Assembly (NCBI GenBank): GCA_963798085.1
Contig: CAWCRS010000003.1
Span: 608,001 to 672,000 of the forward strand
Origin: an uncultured Gemmatimonadales bacterium
Lineage (GTDB): Bacteria; Gemmatimonadota; Gemmatimonadetes; Longimicrobiales; RSA9
Direction: 5' to 3'
Length of the DNA stretch: 64,000 nucleotides
Shown here piece by piece: positions 21,759 to 31,580 of this stretch; the stretch's first letter is position 1, and each line of letters opens with the position of its first letter. The position numbers and the translations under genes were made by a program. The notes under the pieces were generated by a model. It did no database searches. It was not told the DNA's origin and saw only the letters and a list, made by a program, of their open reading frames with translations.

Positions 21759-22648
21759 ACGCCCAACCTCTTTTCGGCTGTGGCACCGCACTGTGCACGC
21801 CGTTTACCCGTGATGGCGAACTCGATGAGGCCGCACTGCGCGCGCTCGTGGAATGGCAGATCGCGGAGGGTGTGCACTTCCTCGTGCCCTGCGGCTCGAC
21901 GGGGGAAGCGCAGACACTGACGCCTGCCGAGCACCGCCGCGTGGTCGAGATCACCGTGCAGACGGCGGAAGGCCGCGTGCCCGTGGTTGCGGGCGCGGGC
22001 TCGAACGACACGCGCAAGGCCATTGAACTGTCGGTCGAGATGGCTTCTGTCGGCGCCACCCATCTGCTGCACGTCTCGCCCATGTACAACAAGCCGCCGC
22101 AGCGCGGGATTGTCGCGCATTTCCGCGCCATCGCGGAATCGGTGGACCTGCCCATCGTGGTCTACAATGTGCCGGGCAGGACGGGCAGCAACATTGAAGC
22201 GCGCACGGCGCTCGAGCTGGCCACGATCCCGGGCGTGGTCGCCATCAAGGAAGCTTCCGGCAATCTTGGCCAGATCGAGCAGATCCTGCGCGAGAGTCCA
22301 CCTGGATTCGGCGTGCTGTCGGGCGATGATTCGCTGACGCTGCCCATCATGGTCATGGGCGGTGGCGGCGTGATCTCGGTGGTCAGCAACGCCACGCCGC
22401 GCGCCATGGCGAAGCTGGTGGAAGCGTGTGCCGCGGGCGATTACGCGACTGCGCGCGCCATGCACGAGCTGCTGGGCCCGTGGATGGCGGCCGCGTTCGT
22501 CGAGTCCAACCCGATCCCCGCCAAAGCCGCACTCGCCATGCTGCGGCGCGCGCAGAACGTGCTGCGGCTGCCGCTCGTGCCGCTCGCTGAGGCGAACATC
22601 GAGATCGTGCGGCGCGCGCTCATCGCCGCGGGAGCACTGGAAGCGTGA
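21755..22648 (+). CDS. dapA: 4-hydroxy-tetrahydrodipicolinate synthase
   Basis: GSTGE, YNKP, YNVPGRTG, IKEAS, SGDD, NPIPAK. Confidence 0.95.
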   Translation: MNAQPLFGCGTALCTPFTRDGELDEAALRALVEWQIAEGVHFLVPCGSTGEAQTLTPAEHRRVVEITVQTAEGRVPVVAGAGSNDTRKAIELSVEMASVGATHLLHVSPMYNKPPQRGIVAHFRAIAESVDLPIVVYNVPGRTGSNIEARTALELATIPGVVAIKEASGNLGQIEQILRESPPGFGVLSGDDSLTLPIMVMGGGGVISVVSNATPRAMAKLVEACAAGDYATARAMHELLGPWMAAAFVESNPIPAKAALAMLRRAQNVLRLPLVPLAEANIEIVRRALIAAGALEA

Positions 22649-23511
22649 TCGCGTTCTCCACGGAATCGCTGGCCGCGCGCGTGCGCGAGCTGGCGGCAAC
22701 GCCGTCCGCTCAGGCACTGCCCGATGATGCCGGCGAAGTGATTCACGCGCTCCTGGGCGCACTCGAGCTGGGCGATGTACGCGCTGCCGAGAAAGGCGCT
22801 GACGGACAGTGGCGCGCGGTGCCGTGGGTCAAGCAGGGCATCCTGCTCGCGTTCCGCGCCGGCCGCATTGTCGAGCACGGACCGGCGGCGGGACCGCTGC
22901 ATTTCTTCGACAAGCACACGCTGCCTGCGCGCATTTTCGCGCCCTCCGACAACGTGCGCATCGTGCCGGGTGGCAGCTCGGTGCGGCGGGGCGCGTACCT
23001 CGCGCCCGGCGTGGTGTGCATGCCGCCCATGTACGTCAACGCGGGCGCCTGGGTCGGGCCGGGCACGATGGTGGATTCGCACGCGCTCGTGGGCTCGTGC
23101 GCGCAGGTGGGCGCCCGCGTGCACCTCAGCGCCGCCGCGCAGATCGGTGGCGTGCTCGAGCCCGTGAACGCTGCACCTGTCGTGATCGAGGACGACGTCA
23201 TTGTGGGCGGCAACTGCGGTGTTTACGAGGGCACGGTCGTGCGCGAGCGCGCCGTGCTGGCGGCGGGTGTGATCCTCACGCGCGGCACCCCCGTGTTCGA
23301 TCTGGTGCGCGAGCAGGTCTATCGCGGTTCCGCCGAACAGCCGCTCGAAATACCGGCAGGAGGGGTCGTGGTGCCGGGCGCGCGCGCCATCACCGCCAAC
23401 CGCTCCGCCTGGGGCGCGGCCGAAGCGCTCTCGCTGCAGACACCCGTGATCGTGAAATACCGCGACGAGCGCACCGATCTCGCCACCGCACTCGAGCAAT
23501 GGCTCCGTTAG
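22645..23511 (+). CDS. dapD: Tetrahydrodipicolinate N-succinyltransferase
   Basis: WVKQGILL, RIVPGG, VGSCAQVG, GGVLEP hexapeptide region. Confidence 0.93.
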   Translation: MIAFSTESLAARVRELAATPSAQALPDDAGEVIHALLGALELGDVRAAEKGADGQWRAVPWVKQGILLAFRAGRIVEHGPAAGPLHFFDKHTLPARIFAPSDNVRIVPGGSSVRRGAYLAPGVVCMPPMYVNAGAWVGPGTMVDSHALVGSCAQVGARVHLSAAAQIGGVLEPVNAAPVVIEDDVIVGGNCGVYEGTVVRERAVLAAGVILTRGTPVFDLVREQVYRGSAEQPLEIPAGGVVVPGARAITANRSAWGAAEALSLQTPVIVKYRDERTDLATALEQWLR

Positions 23512-23521
23512 TTCCCGGTTA

Positions 23522-24349
23522 TCAGGGCTGAGGCCCGCGCTCGAGCACGTACGCACTCCAGTCGGCCGCGCGCACGACATCCATTACCACGAAGCCACGT
23601 GCCAGGTAGTGCTCGAACGCGAGTCGCGTGCCGGCGCGCCATTCTGCGGCCGCTTCCGCGTTCTGTTGCTTCAGCTGCTGGATGTCGGTCGGAATCGCAA
23701 TCAGCAGCCGGGGCCCATCCAGGTCGAGCGCGGGTTCCGCGCAGCGGAGTGAGCGGGCCGGATCACGCAGCGGGTTGATGACAGGCGTGTTCGCAACATC
23801 GGACGGTGCTGGCAGCGCGTCGCGGCGGTCCAGGCGACGGGTCACGCGGTCGTCCTCCAGCGGCCATTGCACGATGAGACGGTCCGTGGCCAGGCCGCGG
23901 TGCAGTGCGGAATCGCTCTCCCCGTAGAAGTCGCGGGTGTATTCCCGCGCGATACCGCCGAAGCGAGCGAAGTTGAGCCAGGCATTGCGCGACTCGAGCG
24001 GATCGAATGTCCACTCGGCCAGGGTCACGCCCTGACGCAGGAGGGTCTCGCGCTGGAAGCGCTTGAGCCGCTCGCCAATGCCGGAATCGCGGAGCCCCGG
24101 CCGTACCGCCATCATGTCGGACCAGTGGATCGGCCGGCCGGCGCGCACCCCTGTGAAGCCGAAGACGAAGCCTACCATGCAGTCCGCCGGCTCGAATGCG
24201 GCGGCGAGGAGGCCGCCCACGCGCAGCGCCGAACGCAACAGTGAGGCGGGCGTTTTTTCATTGAAGCCGCGGCCCCACGTGAGTTCCTGCAGCTCGACGC
24301 ACTGTGTCAGCTCCGCGTCCGTCCGGAGCGCGCGAATCTCGATTGCCAT
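23522..24349 (-). CDS. GNAT family N-acyltransferase (WTFDPL type)
   Basis: HWSDMMAV, GIGERLK, WTFDPLESRNAWLN, TDRL. Confidence 0.8.
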   Translation of the reverse strand: MAIEIRALRTDAELTQCVELQELTWGRGFNEKTPASLLRSALRVGGLLAAAFEPADCMVGFVFGFTGVRAGRPIHWSDMMAVRPGLRDSGIGERLKRFQRETLLRQGVTLAEWTFDPLESRNAWLNFARFGGIAREYTRDFYGESDSALHRGLATDRLIVQWPLEDDRVTRRLDRRDALPAPSDVANTPVINPLRDPARSLRCAEPALDLDGPRLLIAIPTDIQQLKQQNAEAAAEWRAGTRLAFEHYLARGFVVMDVVRAADWSAYVLERGPQP

Positions 24350-24499
24350 TTCATGGTCCGGCTGGACAGGCATCAGGTGCGCCTTGGGGCGGCAGAGCCC
24401 TGAAGCCAGCGAGCGTAACTACAAGTCCTGCAATCAGTCCAACGTTATCGCCAAGCGGTTCTGGGTCGGCGCTGGCCGGCCGCCGGTGGCCCGGCGCGT

Positions 24500-25672
24500 T
24501 CAGAGCCGGCGCAACAATCCAACCAGGAGCGCAAGTCGGAACGGCAAGTCCGACAATACGATATGCTCGTCGATCGCGTGGGCGCCGCCGCCCCGTGCGC
24601 CGAGGCCGTCGAGCGTGGGCGTGCCCCAGCTGGCGACGAGGGACCCGTCACTCCCCCCGCCCGTGCTGCCTTCACCAAGCTCAACACCAAGTCCGGCAGC
24701 TACCTCACCGGCTTCTTCATAGAGCGCCACGACGCCCGCCGTGCGCACCAGCGGAGGACGCATCTCGTTGCGCACGACTTCCAGGCGGGAACCGGCAAGT
24801 CGTGGTCCGAGGCCAAGAAGCGCGGCATCGAGCCGATCCCCTTCGGCGGGCTCGACAAAACGCGTATCGACCGTCGCCCAGGCGTGCGCGGGCACCACGT
24901 TGCTGGCCGTGCCGCCACCGATCAGACCGACGTTGATGGTGGTGCCGGCATCGTGATCGGCGAGGTCCAGAATGCGCATGATCTGACCCGCGAGCTCGGC
25001 GATGGCGCTGACGGCCTTGTGCGGCTCGACGCCGGCGTGGGCGGCGCGCCCGTGCACGTCGACGCGGTAGGTGCCGACGCCTTTGCGCCGGGTCTTGACC
25101 GAGCCGTCGGCGAGGCAGGGCTCGGGCACGAGCGCCGCGGCGGCGTCTTCGCAGCTTTGGCGGAACAGAGCGCGTGCGCCGTGCGAGCCGATCTCCTCAT
25201 CGCAGGTGAGTATGAGACGCACCGGGCGACGCGGCCGCTGTTCGCGCTCATGGAACCAGGCCAGCGCTTCGACAGCCAGCGCCACGCCCGTCTTCATGTC
25301 GAAGATGCCGGGGCCCTCGGCGCGGTCGCCGTCGATGCGGAACGGCTGGCGCAGCAATGTGCCGATGGGGTGGACGGTATCGAGATGGCCGAGGATGACG
25401 AGCGGGGCCAGCTCCGGTTCCTCGCCTGCGACGGTAGCGCGCAGGTTGCGCCCCAGCCCGGGCACGGCGAACGCTTCAATGCCCGCGCCCAGTGCCCGGA
25501 GCTCGTCTTCGATGCGTAGCGACAGGTCGACGAGCGGCTGCTCGTGACCGCTGGGCGTCTCGGCCTCGACCCACGGCTGCACGCGGCGCAGCACGCGCTG
25601 GATGATGTGCGGGGGCGCGATTCCAAGCGCGCTCTCAATGGCTGCTGCGTTGCCCGTGAGGCTGTGCTCCAT
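24500..25672 (-). CDS. M20 metallopeptidase (carboxypeptidase G2-like)
   Basis: GHLDTV, GPGIFDMK, DEEIGS, AHAG, GGGSDG, GAHAIDE. Confidence 0.9.
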   Translation of the reverse strand: MEHSLTGNAAAIESALGIAPPHIIQRVLRRVQPWVEAETPSGHEQPLVDLSLRIEDELRALGAGIEAFAVPGLGRNLRATVAGEEPELAPLVILGHLDTVHPIGTLLRQPFRIDGDRAEGPGIFDMKTGVALAVEALAWFHEREQRPRRPVRLILTCDEEIGSHGARALFRQSCEDAAAALVPEPCLADGSVKTRRKGVGTYRVDVHGRAAHAGVEPHKAVSAIAELAGQIMRILDLADHDAGTTINVGLIGGGTASNVVPAHAWATVDTRFVEPAEGDRLDAALLGLGPRLAGSRLEVVRNEMRPPLVRTAGVVALYEEAGEVAAGLGVELGEGSTGGGSDGSLVASWGTPTLDGLGARGGGAHAIDEHIVLSDLPFRLALLVGLLRRL

Positions 25673-25732
25673 GCGCTTCCCGTTCTGCTGGTGGCAGCTG
25701 TTGGCGTTGGTGGAGCAGGCGACGACGGGTCG

Positions 25733-27157
25733 TCAGCCTGCCGGCAATGGGTGTGCCGCGCTGAACGCGGCGGCGCTGGACGATGGGCTCTGTTCGAGCC
25801 GGCGATAGCTTTCGGCGAGCAGCTCGACGGGGTGCAGCACAGGCGTGGCATCGCCCTTGATGAGCAGGCCGGCGCCAATCTGCATCATGCAGCCCGGGTT
25901 GGGGGTGACCACGGCGTCAGCGTGCGCGCTTAACACGTTGTTCAGCTTGTCGGCGAGAATGCGACCGCCGAGGTCGGGATGGGTGAGGCCGTACGTGCCG
26001 GCGCCGCCGCAGCATTCATCGGCGTGCGGGATGGTTACGACGTCGAGGCCCGGGATGGCGGCCAGCATCTGGTGCGGCGCCCGCTCGATACGCTGTGCGT
26101 GCAGCAGGTGACAGGGGGAATCGAATGCGACGCGCAGCTTCATGCCGCCACCCGTACGCGGGCCGAGCTCGACGAGGAATTCCGCGATATCTCTGACTTT
26201 CGCGGCGAACGCCTTCGCCTTGCGGTGCTCGGGCGTGCCTTCGAACAGCTCGCCGTACTCCTTCATTGCGGCGCCACAGCCGGCCGCATTCACGACGACG
26301 ACTTCGGCGCCTGCGCGCTCGAACGCATCGATGTTGACCTGCGCCAGCGCACGTGCGCCTGCCAGATCGCCGCCGTGCGCATGCAGTGCGCCGCAGCAAC
26401 CCTGTGCAGGGACGGGCACAATGGTACAGCCGTTGGCCTCGAGCACCTGCACGGTTGCCTGGTTCACGCGCGCGAAAAGGCCCGCCTGCACGCACCCGCT
26501 CAGGACTGCGGCGCGGGGCACGGCCGGCGCTGCACGCGGCACTCTGACGTACGATTCGCGCGGTGTGGCGCTCTGCGCACCCGGCACTGCGCTGATGGTG
26601 CTCTCGGCGTCGGGCGCCACAGGCGGGGGCGGCGCCGGTACATCAGTGAGTCGCTTCCACGGGCGGGATGCCGCGAGCATGGCGAGCGCGAAGCGGGTGC
26701 GGTGGAAGCGCGCGGGCAGTGCGCGCGCGAGCAACGCGGCCATGCCGGAACCGCGCAGCAGGCGAGCGAGCGCCATGACAACGCGTGTGCGACCGCGGCG
26801 GCCAAAGGTATCGAGCAGGCGGCGCGTGGTGGCATCCGTGCCGCGATTCCTGGCGACGATGGCGCGGCCGCGCTCGAGGAGGTAACCGTACTGCACGCCC
26901 GATGGGCAGACCGGCTCGCAGGCGCGGCAGCCGAGGCAGCGATCGAGATGGATCTCGAGCGCTTCCGCATCGGCGGGGACGCGACCTTCGGCAACCGCGC
27001 GCATGAGATAGAGTCGGCCGCGGGGCGAATCGGATTCCAGTCCCAGCCGCGTGTAGGTGGGACAGGCGTCGAGACAGAAACCGCAGTGCACGCACGCCAG
27101 CAGTCTCGCCTCTTCCCCGGCGAATTCTTCGAGCGGCGAGTGCGTGATGTCGGGCAT
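25733..27157 (-). CDS. glcF: Glycolate oxidase iron-sulfur subunit
   Basis: CVHCGFCLDAC, CLGCRACEPVC, two CCG domains, NPGC. Confidence 0.9.
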   Translation of the reverse strand: MPDITHSPLEEFAGEEARLLACVHCGFCLDACPTYTRLGLESDSPRGRLYLMRAVAEGRVPADAEALEIHLDRCLGCRACEPVCPSGVQYGYLLERGRAIVARNRGTDATTRRLLDTFGRRGRTRVVMALARLLRGSGMAALLARALPARFHRTRFALAMLAASRPWKRLTDVPAPPPPVAPDAESTISAVPGAQSATPRESYVRVPRAAPAVPRAAVLSGCVQAGLFARVNQATVQVLEANGCTIVPVPAQGCCGALHAHGGDLAGARALAQVNIDAFERAGAEVVVVNAAGCGAAMKEYGELFEGTPEHRKAKAFAAKVRDIAEFLVELGPRTGGGMKLRVAFDSPCHLLHAQRIERAPHQMLAAIPGLDVVTIPHADECCGGAGTYGLTHPDLGGRILADKLNNVLSAHADAVVTPNPGCMMQIGAGLLIKGDATPVLHPVELLAESYRRLEQSPSSSAAAFSAAHPLPAG

Positions 27158-27162
27158 GCGGC

Positions 27163-28464
27163 TCAGACGACGAAGCGGCCGGGCGAGAGGATGCCCGCCG
27201 GGTCGAAGACGTTCTTCAGGCCGCGCATCAGGTCCACAATGGGACCGGGTTCACCGAACGGATCGAAGCCCGGGTCGGCAGCGGGGGGCGGCATGGGTGT
27301 GGTCACGGTGCCGCCATGCGTGGCCAGCTCGTGGCGTGCCTGGTCGATGGTGGCAGTCAGCCGGGCGGTGGCGTCGTACGTCAGTGGTTCGGTGCGCCAC
27401 ACGCGAACAATGCCGTTACCGGCATGGGCTGCAATGTGCCACGCATCGCGTCCGTGCGCATCGTGTGTGTCCCCATTGGGTGTGACGGCGGCGCTGGCCA
27501 TGGCCACGAGGCGCTCCAGGTGGCTGGGCAGTGATGCCATGCGCACGGCGATCAGCGCGCGTGCTTCCAGATTGGCGAGCCCCTCCCAGAAGCGACTGGC
27601 CGTGGCCTCGTCGAGGAGTTCCGGAGGTGCCGGCGAGAGTGCCTGGAGTCGTCGCCTGGCCTCTTTGACAAACCCTTCATTACCGCGGCAGCGCACGGCC
27701 AGCGCCCACTGGCGAGGTCTGCCGAGCGCGGCCGCAGTGGCGGGCGCCAGCAGCTCCATGGCGGCGGGCCAGGTGTGGGCGGCGCGGCCGGCAAGCGCGC
27801 CCAGCTGCACGGGATCGCCGGCTGCGAACAGCGCTGTTACGCCGGTCTCGGGCGCGGGTCGCAGCCGCACGTGCGCGGCCGTGATCAGGCCCAGCGTGCC
27901 GCGGCTGCCGACGACCAGGCGCACCAGATCATAGCCCGCCACATTCTTCACCACACGACCGCCCAGGCGCACAATGCGACCATCCCCGGTGACCAGCTCG
28001 AGACCCAGCACCTGGTCGCGCGGCGTCCCCAGGGAGAGGCGCAGCGGTCCGGCGCTGGCGAGCGCGATGGCGGCGCCCAGCGTGGCGCCGGGCCGTGCGG
28101 GCGGATCGAGGCCCAGCATCTGCCGGTCGACGGTAACGGTTTCGGCCAGCTCGGCGAGGGGCGTGCCGGCGGCGGCGGAAATGGTGAGGTCGGCGGGTTC
28201 GTAGTCGGTGACGCCGGCCAGCCGCTCGGCTGATAACACGACATCAACACGGTGGGGCGGGCGCCCCCAGTCCAGCCATGTGCCGCCGCCGGCAAGCTCG
28301 ACAGCCCAGCCGTTTTCACTGCAGGCGCGCAGCAGAGCGGACGCCTGTTCCACGCTCCAGGGCGAAACCACGGCAATGGGCGTGCGCCCGTGCACGCGGA
28401 AGGGCGAGAACTCGCCCTCGGTCACTGCGTCGACGCCGAGCAGCTGCCGCAGCCGCTGGATCAT
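27163..28464 (-). CDS. glcE: Glycolate oxidase FAD-binding subunit
   Basis: YEPADLT, GGRVVKNVAGYDL, FDPAGILSPGR; start MIQRL overlaps the glcD stop. Confidence 0.88.
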   Translation of the reverse strand: MIQRLRQLLGVDAVTEGEFSPFRVHGRTPIAVVSPWSVEQASALLRACSENGWAVELAGGGTWLDWGRPPHRVDVVLSAERLAGVTDYEPADLTISAAAGTPLAELAETVTVDRQMLGLDPPARPGATLGAAIALASAGPLRLSLGTPRDQVLGLELVTGDGRIVRLGGRVVKNVAGYDLVRLVVGSRGTLGLITAAHVRLRPAPETGVTALFAAGDPVQLGALAGRAAHTWPAAMELLAPATAAALGRPRQWALAVRCRGNEGFVKEARRRLQALSPAPPELLDEATASRFWEGLANLEARALIAVRMASLPSHLERLVAMASAAVTPNGDTHDAHGRDAWHIAAHAGNGIVRVWRTEPLTYDATARLTATIDQARHELATHGGTVTTPMPPPAADPGFDPFGEPGPIVDLMRGLKNVFDPAGILSPGRFVV

Positions 28465-29915
28465 CAGACCTCCGCTTCGACGCGGCGGGTGGCCGGGCCC
28501 ACCCACTCGCGGCAGACACGCACGGGCAGGACCTTGGCCGGATTGGCCAGCCCGCGCGGGTTGAAAACGCGGCGCACCGCGCACATGAGTGCCATCTCCT
28601 GCTCACCGAATACAAGTGGCATGTACTCGCGCTTGTCGAGACCAACACCGTGTTCGCCCGTGATGCTGCCACCCGCATCGATGCACGCCTGCATGATGGC
28701 GCGAGACGCACGCTCGACGCGGACCACATCGTCCTCGTTGCGGCGGTCGAAGAGGATGACGGGGTGCAGGTTGCCATCGCCGGCGTGGAAGGTGTTGCAC
28801 AGGCGGAGCTGGTTCTCGCGCGCGATGGCGTACACCTGATGCAGCACGGCGGGCAGCCGGCTGCGCGGTACGACGGCGTCCTGCACGAGCACGTCAGGCG
28901 CGAGGCGGCCCATGGCGCCGAACGCTTTCTTGCGCGCGTACCACAGGCGCTGGCGCTCGGCATCATCGCGGGCCCGGCGCACATCGCGCGCGCCGTGGCG
29001 GATGCACACGGCGCGGGAGCGCTCGGCATCATCGGCGAGGCCGGCGGTGGCGCCGTCGAACTCGATGACCAGCGCGCCCGCGACGTCGGTGGGCAGGCCG
29101 GCCGCGTAGGCACTGGCTTCGACGGCGCGGATCGCTTCCTGATCGACCATCTCGAGCGCGGCGGGCAGCAGGCCTTCCGCGACGATGGCGCTGACCGCGC
29201 GGCTGGCGTCATCGATGTCGTCGAACAGGGCGAGCAATGTCTCGACCGACTCGGGCAGCGGCAGCAGGCGCACCGTGATCTCGGTGGCGACGCCGAAGGT
29301 GCCTTCGCTGCCGACGAAGGGGCCGAGCAGGTCGTAACCGATGTCTTCGCCCGGTCCGCCCAAGGTGATCGGGTGGCCGTCGGGCAGCACGACTTTCAGC
29401 GCCAGGATGTGGTTGACGGTGGTGCCGTACTTCAGACAGTGCGGGCCGCCCGCGTTCTCGGCGACGTTGCCGCCGATCGTACACACGGTCTGGGAGCTGG
29501 GGTCGGGCGCGTAGTAGAGGCCGAAGGGGCGTGCGGCCGCGGTCAGGCGTGCATTGGCGACGCCGGGCTCGACGACAGCCAGCTGGTTGTCCTCATCGAT
29601 GCGCAGGATGCGGTCCATGCGGGCGAGGGACAGGACGACGGCGCCTTCGAGCGCGAGTGCGCCACCGGACAGGCCGGTGCCGGCGCCGCGCGGGACGAAT
29701 GGGATGCCGGCGTCGGCGAGCAGGCTGATGGTGGCGGCGACCTGGTCAGTGCTGCGGGGGAGGACGAGGGCGCGCGGGCGCACGCGGTGGGCGGTCAGTC
29801 CATCGGACTCGTAGACGAGCAGCGAGTTGGGGTCCGTGACGACGGCGTCGTGGCCGAGGAGGCGGACCAGTTTGTGTTCCAGCGCTTCATCGAGCTGGGC
29901 GGGCGCGTCGGTCAT
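28464..29915 (-). CDS. glcD: Glycolate oxidase FAD-linked subunit
   Basis: PRGAGTGLSGGA, PDPSSQ, GSEGT, HAGDGNLH, GEHGVG. Confidence 0.9.
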   Translation of the reverse strand: MTDAPAQLDEALEHKLVRLLGHDAVVTDPNSLLVYESDGLTAHRVRPRALVLPRSTDQVAATISLLADAGIPFVPRGAGTGLSGGALALEGAVVLSLARMDRILRIDEDNQLAVVEPGVANARLTAAARPFGLYYAPDPSSQTVCTIGGNVAENAGGPHCLKYGTTVNHILALKVVLPDGHPITLGGPGEDIGYDLLGPFVGSEGTFGVATEITVRLLPLPESVETLLALFDDIDDASRAVSAIVAEGLLPAALEMVDQEAIRAVEASAYAAGLPTDVAGALVIEFDGATAGLADDAERSRAVCIRHGARDVRRARDDAERQRLWYARKKAFGAMGRLAPDVLVQDAVVPRSRLPAVLHQVYAIARENQLRLCNTFHAGDGNLHPVILFDRRNEDDVVRVERASRAIMQACIDAGGSITGEHGVGLDKREYMPLVFGEQEMALMCAVRRVFNPRGLANPAKVLPVRVCREWVGPATRRVEAEV

Positions 29916-29954
29916 GGGGGGATAGTAGTGGTGGGAGGCTGGGAGTGGCAGTAC

Positions 29955-30182
29955 CGGACCGTCTTGGCGTTCTTTCCTTGTGCCACACCCAGCTATCCCG
30001 AGGTCGGCTGACTCGGGGGGATCGTTGTGCTTCTCCGGTTGTGCTACGCCCCCGATGGCATTCTAGCGCCCAGGCGGCCCGACGCCATGGCGGTGTGGGG
30101 ATCGCGCATTGCCGGCTGGGATTCCGCTGGGCCGTCGCTGCATGGTGGAAGGCGACAAACCCAAGAACGCCAAGACGGTCCG
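29955..30182. repeat. Inverted-repeat-bounded element, copy 2 (228 bp)
   Basis: CGGACCGTCTTGGCGTTCTT ... AAGAACGCCAAGACGGTCCG, perfect 20-bp arms. Confidence 0.85.
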
Positions 30183-30208
30183 GAGTGGGCACAACCGCCC
30201 CGTCCCGC

Positions 30209-30976
30209 TCAAATGCGCGCTGATCCGCGCAAAACCCACAGGTCATTCGACCGCGCCACCCGCCCGGCTTCACGCAAATAGTCCAGGTACGCAAGCGTGG
30301 CCGAAGCGGCCACGGCGACGAGGGCCTCCGGGATCGCGTCACGGTAGACGGCGCGCGCGACCCCATCCGTGTCGAGGGGACCGGCCTCGAGTGCTCGCAG
30401 CACCTGCTCGAGGCGGGCCTGGCGGTGGGCGATATAGCTGGCGATCGCGCGGTCGGGCTCAGTGAAGGCGGGGCCGTGCGCGGGGTGGATGACTGCCGGC
30501 TGCAAGGCGCGCAGGCGCTCGAGTGATTCGAGATAGCGCGCCAGGTTGCCTTCGGGCGGCGCGACCAGAGCCGTGTCGAGACCCCCCATCATGAGGTCGC
30601 CGCAGAACACGGCGTTAGCCGGCCTCCAGTGAAAGGCGGCGTGATCCGGCGTGTGGCCGGGCGTCGCGAGGGTGAGGAGTTCGCCGGCATCGGTGCGGAT
30701 GACGTCGCCTGCAATCAGATTCCCGTGACCGAGCGAGCGCACGGGCGCGCCCAGGCGCCCGGCCAGCGACTCGGCGCCGGCGGCGTGATCCGGATGCTGA
30801 TGCGTCAGCAGGATGGTGGTGCTGGCAGCACGCGTGGCGTCGGCTATCGCGTCGAGATGCGGCTGCAGCAGCGGTCCCGGGTCGATGATGGCGACCACGC
30901 GCAGGCCGATGAGGAAGGTCCGGGTCCCGTCCAGCGTCATGGGTGACGGGTTGCCGGCGAGGAGCTCGCGCAGCAT
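30209..30976 (-). CDS. MBL-fold metallo-hydrolase (LACTB2-like)
   Basis: NPSPMTLDGT, THQHPDH, TPGHTPDH, PAHG. Confidence 0.88.
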   Translation of the reverse strand: MLRELLAGNPSPMTLDGTRTFLIGLRVVAIIDPGPLLQPHLDAIADATRAASTTILLTHQHPDHAAGAESLAGRLGAPVRSLGHGNLIAGDVIRTDAGELLTLATPGHTPDHAAFHWRPANAVFCGDLMMGGLDTALVAPPEGNLARYLESLERLRALQPAVIHPAHGPAFTEPDRAIASYIAHRQARLEQVLRALEAGPLDTDGVARAVYRDAIPEALVAVAASATLAYLDYLREAGRVARSNDLWVLRGSARI

Positions 30977-31024
30977 GGGAAGGTCAGGCCGGGACGCCCG
31001 CGCCGCGCGTCCCGGCAGCGTTTG

Positions 31025-31495
31025 TCAGCGGCGCTCGGCCATGAACACTTCGGCGAGCTTGTCGGCCACCATTTCCAGCGCTTCCTGATTCGGCGCATCG
31101 AAGCCGTCGGGCTTGCGGCTGTCGATGTCGAGCTGGCCGAAGATCTCGTCGCCGGCGCGGATGAGCACTACCAGCTCTGACTTGGTGCGCGGACTGCAGG
31201 CCAGGTAGTTCTCCACCTTGGTGACATCGGGCACGTTCTGGTTGGCCTTCTCGGCGACGGCTGTGCCGCAAATGCCTGTGCCCACGGGGATCTTGGCGTG
31301 CTCGGTGGGCTCACCCACGTAGTTGTGCAGCCACACGACGTTCTCTTCGGGATTGAAGAGGTATACGCCCACGAAGTTGAAATCCAGGTCGGTGGTTTTG
31401 ACCTGCTTGACGGTTTCGCGCAGGATGGCGTCGGAGAGGTAGCCTTCGTCGCGCATTTCCTGGATCCGCTTGACCAGCTTTCCTGCATCTACCAT
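31025..31495 (-). CDS. GAF domain protein (free methionine-R-sulfoxide reductase-like)
   Basis: GTGICGTA, YLACS, SELVV, LDIDS. Confidence 0.8.
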   Translation of the reverse strand: MVDAGKLVKRIQEMRDEGYLSDAILRETVKQVKTTDLDFNFVGVYLFNPEENVVWLHNYVGEPTEHAKIPVGTGICGTAVAEKANQNVPDVTKVENYLACSPRTKSELVVLIRAGDEIFGQLDIDSRKPDGFDAPNQEALEMVADKLAEVFMAERR

Positions 31496-31580
31496 GGATC
31501 GTCTGCCTTTCCCATCAGGTGGATTGCATCGTCTGTAAGCCCGTGTTAGAGCTGCCCTCCGGGGCAGGTCGCACGGGCGT

